A stretch of 64,000 bases of DNA from Candidatus Nanohaloarchaea archaeon (GTDB lineage: Archaea > Nanohalarchaeota > Nanosalinia > Nanosalinales > Nanosalinaceae): contig JBDGRK010000018.1 in NCBI GenBank assembly GCA_042218075.1, positions 32,001 to 96,000 on the forward strand, written 5' to 3'. Both the position numbers and the translations under genes were made by a program. Numbering within the stretch: the stretch's first letter is position 1; every line of letters starts with the position of its first letter. The notes beneath the pieces are model-generated. The model was not told where the DNA came from and did not search any database. It worked only from the letters and a program-made list of their open reading frames with translations. This document shows, piece by piece, positions 50,101-58,718 of this stretch.

Positions 50101-50958
50101 AAAGTTGAAAGACACCTGGAAGAGAAGGGAATCGATATTGAGGTTTCTGAACCCATCGTGGTATTCAGGGAAGGCATCGATGACTCCTCACCAGAGATGA
50201 TGGGCAAGTCGCCCAATCGCCACAACAAGCTGGAAATCTCGGTCGAGCCTCTGGATGAATCTGTAAGGAAGTTTTTGAAGGAGGATTTGCAGGAAGTTAA
50301 AATGGAGGCGGATGAAGACAGGGAGATTACGGATGCGATGATCGAGGCAGGGCTCGATAAGGAAGACGCGGAGAACGTGATGGATGTGTTTGAGGAGAAC
50401 CTGTTTATCAACGCCTCAAGAGGTATCAAGAACCTAAGAGAGATCAAAGAGTATCTTGTGGATGCGTTCCACGAGTTCTGCGAGGAAGGACCTCTCGCGG
50501 GAGAACCTGTGATTGGTCTAAAGGTAAAGCTTCACGACGCACAGCTCCACGAGGACGCAATTCATAGAGGTCCCGCACAGATGATACCCGCTACCAAAGA
50601 TGCGATGAAGAGAGGATTCCTAGAGGCGACTCCAAGACTGATCGAGCCTAAACAGGTGCTCAGGATCGACACACCTAGCGATACAATGGGAGATGCGATG
50701 ACCGAAGTCTCCAACAGAAGAGGAGACGTAATAAACATGGAGGAAGAGGGCGACTCATCTGTGATCAAATGCAAATTACCCGTAGAAGAGCTTTTCGGGT
50801 TTGAAGCAGATCTAAAGGGAGCCACGAATGGAAAGGGGTTCTTCTCGCTGATCGACCTGATCTTCGAGCCGCTGCCTAGAAACCTCCAGGAGGAGAAGAT
50901 CATGGATATTAGAGAGCGGAAGGGAATGAAGCAAGAGATGCCAAGCGTGGAGGAGTAG
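47173..50958 (+). CDS. fus: Elongation factor EF-2 containing an intein
   Basis: AHIDHGK|TT, ERGITI, DTPGHVDF, diphthamide loop HEDAIHRG. Confidence 0.96.
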   Translation: MSDELDAIKEVINDPEHIRNIAIAAHIDHGKCVSPDQRIALSGGKQVKAEELFEEFSDKGEIVSKGEETQIKVDSGDVRVKSLDKRTGEVVDGEVTDLWKMENKDSIYRVELEDGKKVETTPEHEFLTLRQNGSFDFVEARNLSENHTVVGSRLLEADSLSESELKVEILERLSEDANYYIRLEEEFAEKLQSDMKELGMEKTYEQIRPVLEFESFRHCSWRGEYRLKTVLQLAEKFSSKAELYDSIETVNRRGTDSKGVQSSIEVELPDDLSGLFYLAGMFFGDGDLEGNITNDNEEIQKIVGRKAADLGLEPIAREFEERATRIEIGGKTLRRILEDLFDYPEEDKSASIKISDLVFRSPERYISEFIRGYMDADGTVEDSRSAVSVGSKSLKMLEDLQLLLQRFDIASKLNRENKTLYISGSLSLENYLEIGFEHPVKQQKLEELVKEAESSKADRVPIDGEEVREVRKKAELTQSDMITSYTNYENNHVGLTKKSLRKITERFEEEGFEGQKLRRLERLAVADTTFSKVKNIEKMENTETVYDFTVEDHHNFISEGIVVHNTTLTDNLLARAGMISDKLAGDQRFMDFDDQEAERGITIYSANISMVHEFDGDDYLINLIDTPGHVDFGGDVTRAMRAVDGVVVLVDAVDGVMPQTETVMKQALQEGVKPVLFINKVDRLIEEMQLTPEEMQERFKKIIREVNTALRKYADDETAENWKMKVDDGTVAFGSALMNWAISVPFMKETGISFGEIIERVNEDDHEGLAEDAPIEEVVLDMVVKHLIDPHTSAEWRIPAVWPGDVDSEVGKDMMQHDQDGRLVGVVTNVEDDEHAGTIATARLFSGTVNEGDELYGIGSQKTERAQQVGIYSGPRKLTVDSVPCGNIAAITGPDFSTGETFILDGEEEIQPFEQIEHVFEPVVTKSIEPKRTSDLPKLIEALRKRSKEDNTIEVDIDEETGETLVSGLGELHIEAKVERHLEEKGIDIEVSEPIVVFREGIDDSSPEMMGKSPNRHNKLEISVEPLDESVRKFLKEDLQEVKMEADEDREITDAMIEAGLDKEDAENVMDVFEENLFINASRGIKNLREIKEYLVDAFHEFCEEGPLAGEPVIGLKVKLHDAQLHEDAIHRGPAQMIPATKDAMKRGFLEATPRLIEPKQVLRIDTPSDTMGDAMTEVSNRRGDVINMEEEGDSSVIKCKLPVEELFGFEADLKGATNGKGFFSLIDLIFEPLPRNLQEEKIMDIRERKGMKQEMPSVEE
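47266..48867 (+). mobile_element. 534-aa intein with LAGLIDADG endonuclease in the EF-2 P-loop
   Basis: Starts Cys after GK, TTPEHEF block B, LAGMFFGDG and IRGYMDADG, ends VYDFTVEDHHNF...VHN before Thr. Confidence 0.95.
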
Positions 50959-50966
50959 AACTTTCT

Positions 50967-51290
50967 CTATCCCTGCTTCCCTTCCGCTATCCTATCCAGA
51001 AGGTTGTATAACTCTTCTTCCTCGTAGTCGAGTTCTTCTCTGTGGAATATGTCCAGAATGTAAACTTTTGACTCAATTTTAGCGAAGAAAACTCTATAGT
51101 TAAGCTCGCCTTCTTTAAAATCCAGTTTGTCCCAAGGATTGCCGTGATGATCATAAACATAGCTGTAAGATTCATGGTTAAAGAACTCTTCAGCGGATGC
51201 TTCCTCTATCTTATCTCTAATCTTTTCCCTTGTTTCTATTGAAAAATTGGATAGAGATTCAAACGCCTTCTCTGTATACTCATATTTCAT
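50967..51290 (-). CDS. RelE/ParE-family toxin-like protein
   Basis: YTEKAFESL, YRVFF, VYILDIFHRE; ATGA overlap with RHH gene. Confidence 0.75.
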   Translation of the reverse strand: MKYEYTEKAFESLSNFSIETREKIRDKIEEASAEEFFNHESYSYVYDHHGNPWDKLDFKEGELNYRVFFAKIESKVYILDIFHREELDYEEEELYNLLDRIAEGKQG

Positions 51291-51532
51291 CCCGAAAGCC
51301 TTCGCTCAACTTCTTCAGGCGTTAGAGTATTGCCTCTCTCAACATCTCTCAGTGCCTTTTCCAGTCTTTCAACTGTGCTACCCTTAATTACATCTGTATC
51401 AAGCTTTCTATTCTCCATCTTCATTCTCAATGCATCTCTAATAAGCTCTGACTTCGAATTGTACCTGCCTCTCTCAACTTCTTCCTCTACAAAGCGTTCA
51501 AGTTCATCCGGCAGATCCGTGCTTACAGCCAT
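51287..51532 (-). CDS. Ribbon-helix-helix antitoxin
   Basis: LPDELERFVEEEVERGRYNSKSELIRDALR. Confidence 0.85.
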   Translation of the reverse strand: MAVSTDLPDELERFVEEEVERGRYNSKSELIRDALRMKMENRKLDTDVIKGSTVERLEKALRDVERGNTLTPEEVERRLSG

Positions 51533-51617
51533 AACCAATAATAGTTATTGTTAAATTTTTATTTCTTCCTCCGGGAGATGAAACCAACTAAAAAGAGTTT
51601 TAATCAGAATAATCGCC

Positions 51618-52736
51618 ATGAAGATAGCCATCTACCAGCCCTACCTGAAGGAGAGAGGAGGTATGGAGAAAGTTGTCCTGGAGTACGCGAAGAATTCAGA
51701 ACACAAGATAGAAATTCTTACCATGAATTACGACAGGGAGGGTACTTTCGACGAATTTGAAGAAGCTGAAGTGAGAGAGATAGGAAATTATGGTTCACCG
51801 GGTTCTTTCCTTGAACAGGCAATAAACTTCGGCATTAGACCGCTCTTCAGGAAAGTGGGCCTAGAAGATTATGACGTTCTGGTTGTATCTGAAGCAGGTT
51901 TCGGATCTCCGATCACTGTTAGGAACGATGAATTACCAATTATAGCTTATGTACATACTCCTCTCAGAGCCGCCTTACCCAAATTCAGGCAGAGATACAG
52001 GCAGGAGTTTGCACTACCTCTTCGGCCTTTCTTCCCGATGTTCATTCTTGGATACAATATTCTGGAGAGGCTGGGCTGGAGCAACTTTGAGAAGGTGATC
52101 GCGAACAGCGAACTGACCAAAAATAGGATGGATTCTAAAGGTCTAAGAAGAAAGGAGGAAGTCGAAGTAATTAACCCGGGAGTTGAAGTTGAAGGAAAAT
52201 CATCCTCTAATTATGAGAAATACTTTTTCTACCCGAGCAGGTTCGAGCCCTACAAGAGGCAGGAAATGGCAATAGAGGCGTTTAAACAGGCGGAGCTAGA
52301 GGATTTCGAGCTAGTACTGGCAGGAGCCTCGGCCGACGAGAATTACGTTGAAGAGCTGAGAGTTATGGCTGGAGAAAACGTCAGGATTGAGGTAGATGTG
52401 CCGGGAGATAAATGGGAGGAACTGTATTCAGACTCCTACTCTGTACTGTTCTGCGCAGAGAAGGAGGACTGGGGCATAATTCCGCTTGAAGCAGGAAGTT
52501 TCGGGAAACCGGTTGTAGCGGTTGATGAGGGGAGTACAAGCGAGACAGTAGAGGATAACGAGACAGGTTTTCTTGTGGAGGCGAATGCTTCTGAAATAGC
52601 TGAGAAAATGGAGCGCCTGGCGAAAAATCCGGAACAGGTCAGAGAGATTGGAGAGAAAGGGAGGGAACACTCGCAAGAATACAGCTGGGAAAAGTTTGCA
52701 GCAAGGCTGGATGAAGAGATTGAGGATATGAAGTAA
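51618..52736 (+). CDS. Family 4 glycosyltransferase
   Basis: GGMEKV, IANS, EDWGIIPLEAGSFGKPVV. Confidence 0.9.
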   Translation: MKIAIYQPYLKERGGMEKVVLEYAKNSEHKIEILTMNYDREGTFDEFEEAEVREIGNYGSPGSFLEQAINFGIRPLFRKVGLEDYDVLVVSEAGFGSPITVRNDELPIIAYVHTPLRAALPKFRQRYRQEFALPLRPFFPMFILGYNILERLGWSNFEKVIANSELTKNRMDSKGLRRKEEVEVINPGVEVEGKSSSNYEKYFFYPSRFEPYKRQEMAIEAFKQAELEDFELVLAGASADENYVEELRVMAGENVRIEVDVPGDKWEELYSDSYSVLFCAEKEDWGIIPLEAGSFGKPVVAVDEGSTSETVEDNETGFLVEANASEIAEKMERLAKNPEQVREIGEKGREHSQEYSWEKFAARLDEEIEDMK

Positions 52737-52805
52737 TCTGGCTGTTTCAATTCCTTTTTAAAGTTTAACCGGTCAATTCCAGAATATACGCAAAAGGTGA
52801 AATCT

Positions 52806-52863
52806 AAAATGAACGAAATTCAAAGAATTTCTGGGCAACCAGAAAATCACGGGTGATTTTCGG
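52806..52863 (+). repeat. Leader repeat copy 2 (u[18 protein letters not shown]) before tuf
   Basis: Near-identical to 47112-47153; uORF 52809-52856 has its own AGGTGA SD and ends in the tuf SD. Confidence 0.8.
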
Positions 52864-54147
52864 ATGGCAGATAAACCACACGTTAACCTGGTGTTCATAG
52901 GACACGTTGACCACGGGAAGTCCACCACTATCGGCAGGCTTCTCTGGGACACTGAAAACCTACCGGAAGAAGAGATGCGAAAGCTTGAAGATGCGGCAGA
53001 AGAGAAAGGGAAGGAAACGTTCGGATTCGCTTTCGCAATGGACACTATCGAAGAGGAGAGGGAGAGAGGTGTAACAATCGACCTCGCCCACAAGGATTTT
53101 GACTCTGATAATTACTTCTTCACGATTATCGACGCTCCCGGCCACCGGGACTTCATTAAAAACATGATCACAGGAGCCTCGCAGGCAGACGCAGGAGTTC
53201 TGACGGTCGCGGCTGACGACGGAATCCAGCCACAGACCAAGGAACATGCGTACCTGGCGAAGACACTCGGAATCGACCAGCTGATCGTTTCAGTCAACAA
53301 GATGGACGTGGAAGACTACGACGAGAGCAGGTTTGAAGAGCTTAAAGACGAAGTATCCGACCTGCTACAGGGAGTCGGTTACGATCCAAGCGAGATCGAC
53401 TTCGTCCCGATCTCCGCATTCGAGGGAGACAACGTAGTTGAAGAGTCAGACGAAATGGGATGGTACGATGGACCTACACTGCTCGACGCCCTAGACGACC
53501 TTGAAGAGCCGGAGAAGCCGGAAGACCTTCCAACCAGAATCCCGGTACAGGACGTATACTCGATCTCAGGGATCGGAGCTGTGACAGTTGGAAGAGTTGA
53601 GACAGGAGATATATCCGGAGGAGACGACATCGTCTTCCAGCCAGCTTCCGAGAGACTCAACCAGAACATAGGTGGAGAAGTGAAGACCATCGAGATGCAT
53701 CACGAGGAAGTTGACGAAGCCAATCCGGGAGACAACATCGGATGGAACACCAGAGGAGTAGGAGAAGACGACGTCAAGAAGGGAGATGTCGCAGGACCTG
53801 CCGACAATCCTCCGACAGTTGTCGATTCGTTCGAGGCACAGGTAATCGTCCTCAACCACCCCAACGTGGTTTCCGAAGGATACACCCCGGTATTCCACGT
53901 AAACACTGCACAGGTCTCATGCACATTCACAGACCTGAAGAAGACGATGGATCCGAAGACAGGAGAGACACTGGAAGAAGATCCAGACTACATCAAGCAG
54001 GGACAGGCAGCAATCGTGGAGATCACACCCCAGCAGCCTCTTGTCATTGAGGAGAACGACGACATTCCCCAGCTTGCGAGGTTTGCTGTCAGGGATATGG
54101 GGCAGACAGTCGGCGCAGGACAGTGCCTCGAAGTCAACGAGAAGTAG
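52864..54147 (+). CDS. tuf: Elongation factor EF-1alpha
   Basis: [28 protein letters not shown]. Confidence 0.97.
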   Translation: MADKPHVNLVFIGHVDHGKSTTIGRLLWDTENLPEEEMRKLEDAAEEKGKETFGFAFAMDTIEEERERGVTIDLAHKDFDSDNYFFTIIDAPGHRDFIKNMITGASQADAGVLTVAADDGIQPQTKEHAYLAKTLGIDQLIVSVNKMDVEDYDESRFEELKDEVSDLLQGVGYDPSEIDFVPISAFEGDNVVEESDEMGWYDGPTLLDALDDLEEPEKPEDLPTRIPVQDVYSISGIGAVTVGRVETGDISGGDDIVFQPASERLNQNIGGEVKTIEMHHEEVDEANPGDNIGWNTRGVGEDDVKKGDVAGPADNPPTVVDSFEAQVIVLNHPNVVSEGYTPVFHVNTAQVSCTFTDLKKTMDPKTGETLEEDPDYIKQGQAAIVEITPQQPLVIEENDDIPQLARFAVRDMGQTVGAGQCLEVNEK

Positions 54148-54152
54148 AGTTA

Positions 54153-54229
54153 CGCTCAGGTCGAAACTCCACTTCGGAGTTTCTGGCTATACACAAACTC
54201 GCTGTGAAGCGAGTTTGGAATACTGAGCG
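54153..54229. repeat. Branched palindromic element after tuf
   Basis: CGCTCAG/CTGAGCG enclosing GAAACTCC/GGAGTTTC and CAAACTCGC/GCGAGTTTG hairpins. Confidence 0.6.
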
Positions 54230-54302
54230 ACAGCGCATTCAGCCTGACGGCTCAATCCACTTTTCTCCTTTCTAATTTCTATTATTTATAAAAACTAACA
54301 GC

Positions 54303-54734
54303 TTACCTGAAATCCCAGAATGTATGCAACTCAAAATCATGTTTTTCCCTAAGATATCTCTTAGAAGGTTTTCCAAAAGCTGCAGTCCCCGGCTGAATAT
54401 CTTCATCAGAGATATTATCGATCTCTTCCAAGCCATCCTCACTCATTTTGTAAAGATAGACATTTGACACGACATCAGATGTATCATCTGAGTGCGATAA
54501 AGCTACTCTCTTCCCATTTAAAATATCCAAATTTGATAAAAATTCTAGAAATCCGGGTCTAGTTTGTATAGGCCCTTGACCATCATGAAACCTGTCCAGC
54601 ATCTCATTGGAATCTAGAAGAATTGAGAAGTAACTACTCGATTTAATACTCTCTCTTACGAGATTACCGAAAAGATGAATAATTTGCTCTTCAGAGCTAT
54701 AATCTTCGATCGTAAGTATATCGTAGCCTGCCAT
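54303..54734 (-). CDS. Hypothetical protein
   Basis: AT-rich ORF antisense between tuf and rps10. Confidence 0.5.
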   Translation of the reverse strand: MAGYDILTIEDYSSEEQIIHLFGNLVRESIKSSSYFSILLDSNEMLDRFHDGQGPIQTRPGFLEFLSNLDILNGKRVALSHSDDTSDVVSNVYLYKMSEDGLEEIDNISDEDIQPGTAAFGKPSKRYLREKHDFELHTFWDFR

Positions 54735-54803
54735 GAAGAACAATTACTAAGGGTTACTTGAAAGTATTTGCCATTTATAAGAATTAAGTTAGTAGCTGAT
54801 AGT

Positions 54804-55112
54804 ATGCAAAAGGCACGTGTAAAGCTGAAGTCGACGAGCCAGGAGAAGATTGACGAGCTGGCGGAAGAAGTCATCGAGATCGGAGAAGAGTACAACGCGG
54901 AGATCTCAGGACCTGTACCTCTACCGACGGAGACACTGACGATCCCGACCAGAAAGGCTCCGGACGGGGAGGGAAGCGAGACCATCGAACGCTACGAGAT
55001 GCACATCCACAAGAGACTCATCGACCTGAAAGACTCGGAGAGAGCACTGAGACAGGTCATGAGAGTTCACGTCCCGGAAGGAGTCGACATCGAGATCGAG
55101 CTCGAGGAGTAA
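54804..55112 (+). CDS. rps10: 30S ribosomal protein S10
   Basis: GPVPLPT, RKAPDGEG, IHKRLID. Confidence 0.96.
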   Translation: MQKARVKLKSTSQEKIDELAEEVIEIGEEYNAEISGPVPLPTETLTIPTRKAPDGEGSETIERYEMHIHKRLIDLKDSERALRQVMRVHVPEGVDIEIELEE

Positions 55113-55143
55113 GAACTTAATTTTTGGATTTCCAAAAGGTTTC

Positions 55144-55620
55144 ATGGAAAACTGTTTTTTCTGTAAAGAGGCGCTTGAAAGAGGAATCGTGATAACCGAA
55201 ACAGATAATTTCTATGCTAGGCTCTCGGATGTTCCACTGAATCCCGGATCATTTCATATCATAACAAAAGAGCACAAGGAATCATTCTTTGAACTAGATT
55301 CTAAGGAATGGAGCGAACTCAGAGATATAATCGAGAAGGGAATAGAGGAAATTAAAAGTATGGATCTGGAGAGGAAATATCAAAAGCTAAGAGATGACGT
55401 ACCTAAACAGAAGTTTGTTAATTTTATAGAAGACGCTCTTGAAAGCGAATTTCTGGATAGCGACCCGGACGGATATAACCTAGGAATAAATGAGGGAAGA
55501 GCTGCAGGAAGAAGCATAGATCACTTCCACTTGCATGTAATCCCTAGATTCGAAGGAGACGTGGATGAAAAGAGATACGGCATAAGAAACATATTTCCGG
55601 AAAAAGCAGATTACGAATAG
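55144..55620 (+). CDS. HIT-family hydrolase
   Basis: CFFC, YNLGINEGRAAG, HFHLHVIPR. Confidence 0.9.
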   Translation: MENCFFCKEALERGIVITETDNFYARLSDVPLNPGSFHIITKEHKESFFELDSKEWSELRDIIEKGIEEIKSMDLERKYQKLRDDVPKQKFVNFIEDALESEFLDSDPDGYNLGINEGRAAGRSIDHFHLHVIPRFEGDVDEKRYGIRNIFPEKADYE

Positions 55621-55784
55621 AAAATTCCGATCTAATTTAAAGATTCTACGATCAACTTCCTCTACAGAGACTTCCGAAAGCCATTCACAGAATGGCTTCT
55701 TGCGATGTAAGAGCGTAACCTTACTGCCGGAGGTCGAAAACTCCGATGGAGTTTTCTCGGCCCCGGTCAAATCCAAAAGGATTT

Positions 55785-56009
55785 GCCGGAGTGACTGAGT
55801 GGCTAACGCGGGCGAAAACCCTTAACGGGTTTTCTAAAGCGAGGCTTCCTTCGCCGACTGCTCGTAAGGCTCGCTGGCTAAAGGTGCCACCTTGGAGACA
55901 ACAGCTTCTCATCTCGTTGAGAAGCCGGTTTGAGAAAATCTCTGATTTTCGAATCCTGATAGGTGGTGGGCCATCTGCGCCCTCCTGGGTTCAAATCCCA
56001 GCTCCGGCG
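55785..56009 (+). tRNA. tRNA-Ser(GGA) with two introns (D-loop 55807-55881; anticodon loop ~55898-55960)
   Basis: GCCGGAG/CTCCGGC acceptor, G73, CCACC-TTGGAG...A-GGTGG, long variable arm. Confidence 0.85.
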
Positions 56010-56067
56010 ATATCATCGCCTATGCTGGCATTTGATAAGAGAAGCTCCAACTTCTGCGAGCTTCGGA

Positions 56068-56386
56068 TTCAAATCCCAGCTCCGGCGCTATGCTTTTTGC
56101 CAAACGATGCAAAAAGTAGAAGGTTTACAAAAAGATCTGCCAAACTGCTCCAAAATCCCAGAGGAGTTTGTGCGAACACAGAAACCGCAAAACGGTTTCG
56201 ACTGGATCGCCTGCCAGTTGCGGTACAAATCCCAGCTTTGGCGCAACTCCTATCACAGAGTTGGCATGCGACAAGCCATGCAACAGGCATGGCTCTCAGA
56301 AGATTAAGTTTCCCAAAAAAATCAAGTTCATTGAAAGGATGAACGAGGAAAGAGAAAATACCTGATTTTCGACTCCAGCTCCGGCG
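56068..56386 (+). repeat. Three extra copies of the tRNA-Ser 3' end
   Basis: TTCAAATCCCAGCTCCGGCG exact at 56068-56087; degenerate at 56222-56243 and 56368-56386. Confidence 0.8.
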
Positions 56387-56428
56387 CTTACTTTATATTT
56401 TATTAACAGAGTAAGGCAAAGATTCTTC

Positions 56429-56842
56429 ATGACCAAAACCGCCGGGGAATTAATGGATGATCCTGTATTCGTGGATGTAGATGCTCCTGTTGAAGAGGTA
56501 AAGGACATAGTTAAGGGATCGGAGAACACCGTGATAGTGAGGAAGGAAGGAGAGGTTGTGGGAGAGATACATGAAAACTCCCTCCTCAAACTTCTGATAC
56601 CTCAGGAAAGGATAGATGAGGAGAAAGTGATTGGAATACTCGGCCTTTCCTTCGACAGGAGCTACGTCGCTGAGAAGGCGGAGGACCTGATGAATCACCA
56701 TGAAATTACCGTCGAACCGGGAGAGGAAATAGGTGAGATAGCTTTTCTTATGGAGAGGGAAGATGTTAGGGCTATCCCGGTGGAAGATAATGGAGAAATA
56801 GTCGGCGTGGTACACGAAAACAGTCTAGTGGAGGAGATCTGA
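56429..56842 (+). CDS. CBS-domain protein
   Basis: TAGELMDD, AEDLM, AIPVEDNGEIVGVV. Confidence 0.85.
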   Translation: MTKTAGELMDDPVFVDVDAPVEEVKDIVKGSENTVIVRKEGEVVGEIHENSLLKLLIPQERIDEEKVIGILGLSFDRSYVAEKAEDLMNHHEITVEPGEEIGEIAFLMEREDVRAIPVEDNGEIVGVVHENSLVEEI

Positions 56843-58011
56843 TGGCAGGAATAAGCGGCGAAGTGCTTTTCAACGTTTCAGTGCTTCTTGCATCTTCCTT
56901 TCTAGTTGGTGAAGTCTTCGAAAGGATCGGGCTGGAATCTATAATAGGCTACATTGTAACAGGCCTGATACTGGGTCCTGCGCTGCTGAACGTGATGACT
57001 CCTAAATCAGTTGCGGCATTCGGCTCCATCGGAGCGACATTGATACTTTTCCAGGCAGGACTTAGAGAGGAAAACGCTATCGACATTTTCAGGCACGAGG
57101 AAGGACTCGATCTCGGATTGAGCGTTCTTATAGGATCATTCACGTTCATACTTGCATTCCTCGTATTTTTCGGACCCTCTGTTCTTCCATACACCGAAAT
57201 ACAGGCCTTCGTGCTGATTGCTCTCTCCTACGCTATCGTGGATATAGGAGTACCATCTAAACTGATGCTTTCCAGAAATATGCTTAGAGATGAAGTCGGT
57301 ACGTACACGATTAAATCATGCGTAATAAATGTTACCGCAGGACTGGCAGTTCTGACAGTTATCGCGCTTATGGCATCTGCCGGGGCGAAAGACCTTGTAC
57401 TGAAAGTCGGCAGCATACTGGGTTTTACAGCTGTGTTCTTTCTTCTCCACGAATTCATACATCGTCTGGACGACTATATAGTGATGTTCGAAGAGACTGA
57501 GGCACAGTTCGCGATAACTTTCGCGCTACTTCTCTTCATGGCCTACCTGACAGAAGCTATAGGGTTATCTAGCGTACTAGGTGCGTTCTTTGCAGGCATC
57601 ATAGTTTCAAGAAGCGAATTCTCCGAATCAAGGGCTTTCAGAGAAAAGATCAGCGCTATAGGAGAGGGACTTTTCATACCGATCTTCTTCGCATGGTTCG
57701 GTCTTACACTCAAAATATTTGGTCCTGCAGGTATGCTGGCAAACCTTGAAGCTGCTGTATTCCTATTTGCTCTCTCAACAGTATCAAAGTTCGGTATTGG
57801 CTATTTCATGAGCAGAAGACATGATATGGAACCTTTTACGGTAGCTTCATCGCTTCTCAGCCTGGACATCGAATCTCTAGTTGTACTTCTTATCGGAATA
57901 GATCTAGGTCTCCTATCAGAACAGATTTTACAGATATTCGCTCCATCCGTGCTTTTCACTACGACAACGATAGTGGTACTTTTCTCAGTGAAGCAGAGAA
58001 TGGATCTTTGA
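56842..58011 (+). CDS. Cation:proton antiporter (CPA2-like)
   Basis: Multi-TM; GYIVTGLILGP, LGAFFAG, FIPIFF. Confidence 0.88.
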   Translation: MAGISGEVLFNVSVLLASSFLVGEVFERIGLESIIGYIVTGLILGPALLNVMTPKSVAAFGSIGATLILFQAGLREENAIDIFRHEEGLDLGLSVLIGSFTFILAFLVFFGPSVLPYTEIQAFVLIALSYAIVDIGVPSKLMLSRNMLRDEVGTYTIKSCVINVTAGLAVLTVIALMASAGAKDLVLKVGSILGFTAVFFLLHEFIHRLDDYIVMFEETEAQFAITFALLLFMAYLTEAIGLSSVLGAFFAGIIVSRSEFSESRAFREKISAIGEGLFIPIFFAWFGLTLKIFGPAGMLANLEAAVFLFALSTVSKFGIGYFMSRRHDMEPFTVASSLLSLDIESLVVLLIGIDLGLLSEQILQIFAPSVLFTTTTIVVLFSVKQRMDL

Positions 58012-58054
58012 ACACTGTTTATAAATTTCGGAGTGAGAACCTTAATCATCTCTC

Positions 58055-58196
58055 AGCCCCCTGGTGTAGCGGTCAAACCGTTTCACGGTTTTCCCACCGA
58101 CCAACTCTATCGAGTAAGTCGGAGGGTCAAAGCCCGCGGGACAATTCATGAGAGGCCCTGGCCCTCTCGACGCAGGTTCGAATCCTGCGGGGGCTA
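58055..58196 (+). tRNA. tRNA-Gln(CTG) with ~69-nt D-loop insert and atypical C33
   Basis: AGCCCCC/GGGGGCT acceptor, AGAGG-CCCTGGC-CCTCT anticodon arm. Confidence 0.7.
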
Positions 58197-58246
58197 ACTC
58201 TACTCTTTTTTAAGAATTCGATCCTTTTTTAGACGTGTAAGGCGTC

Positions 58247-58371
58247 AGCCCCCTGGTGTAGCGGTCAAAGTCGAAAATGTAATTTCTCGACATTTATTTA
58301 ATGTCGAGGACGGCGATCATACATAGTGGCCTTTGGAGCCGCTGACCCAGGTTCGAATCCTGGGGGGGCTA
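58247..58371 (+). tRNA. tRNA-Gln(TTG) with 52-nt D-loop intron (58269-58320)
   Basis: GTGGC-CTTTGGA-GCCGC arm; splice motif GGTC-AA^A...GATC-AT^A. Confidence 0.9.
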
Positions 58372-58373
58372 TT

Positions 58374-58655
58374 ATGACGGAAGTCAGAGCATCACACATA
58401 CTTGTTGAAAACGAGGAACACGCAAAACAGATCAAGCTCGAGCTGGAGAGAAGTGACAAGACTTTCTCAGACCTGGCGGAAGAGAAGTCCGAAGGTCCTT
58501 CAGCGGATAACGGCGGAGACCTCGGATGGTTCGGCAGAGGAGATATGGTGAAGCCGTTCGAGAAAAAAGCTTTCGAACTGGATGAGGGCGAGGTCAGTGA
58601 TCCTGTGGAGACCAGGTTCGGATGGCACCTGATCAAGAAAGAAGACGAAAAATAG
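58374..58655 (+). CDS. Parvulin-type peptidyl-prolyl isomerase
   Basis: VRASHILV, GGDLGWF, TRFGWHLI. Confidence 0.93.
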   Translation: MTEVRASHILVENEEHAKQIKLELERSDKTFSDLAEEKSEGPSADNGGDLGWFGRGDMVKPFEKKAFELDEGEVSDPVETRFGWHLIKKEDEK

Positions 58656-58718
58656 AGCCAGAAGCATCTTCTCACCTTTATAAAATTTAATCGAACTCTG
58701 GTTGGATACGGGTATAAA

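Noticed and set aside
55746-56342. 198-aa ORF
   Set aside because: Overlaps tRNA-Ser and repeats; basic composition unlike this proteome.
55990-56386. CRISPR array
   Set aside because: Repeats are tRNA 3' ends, spacers are long and uneven, and no cas genes are in the window.
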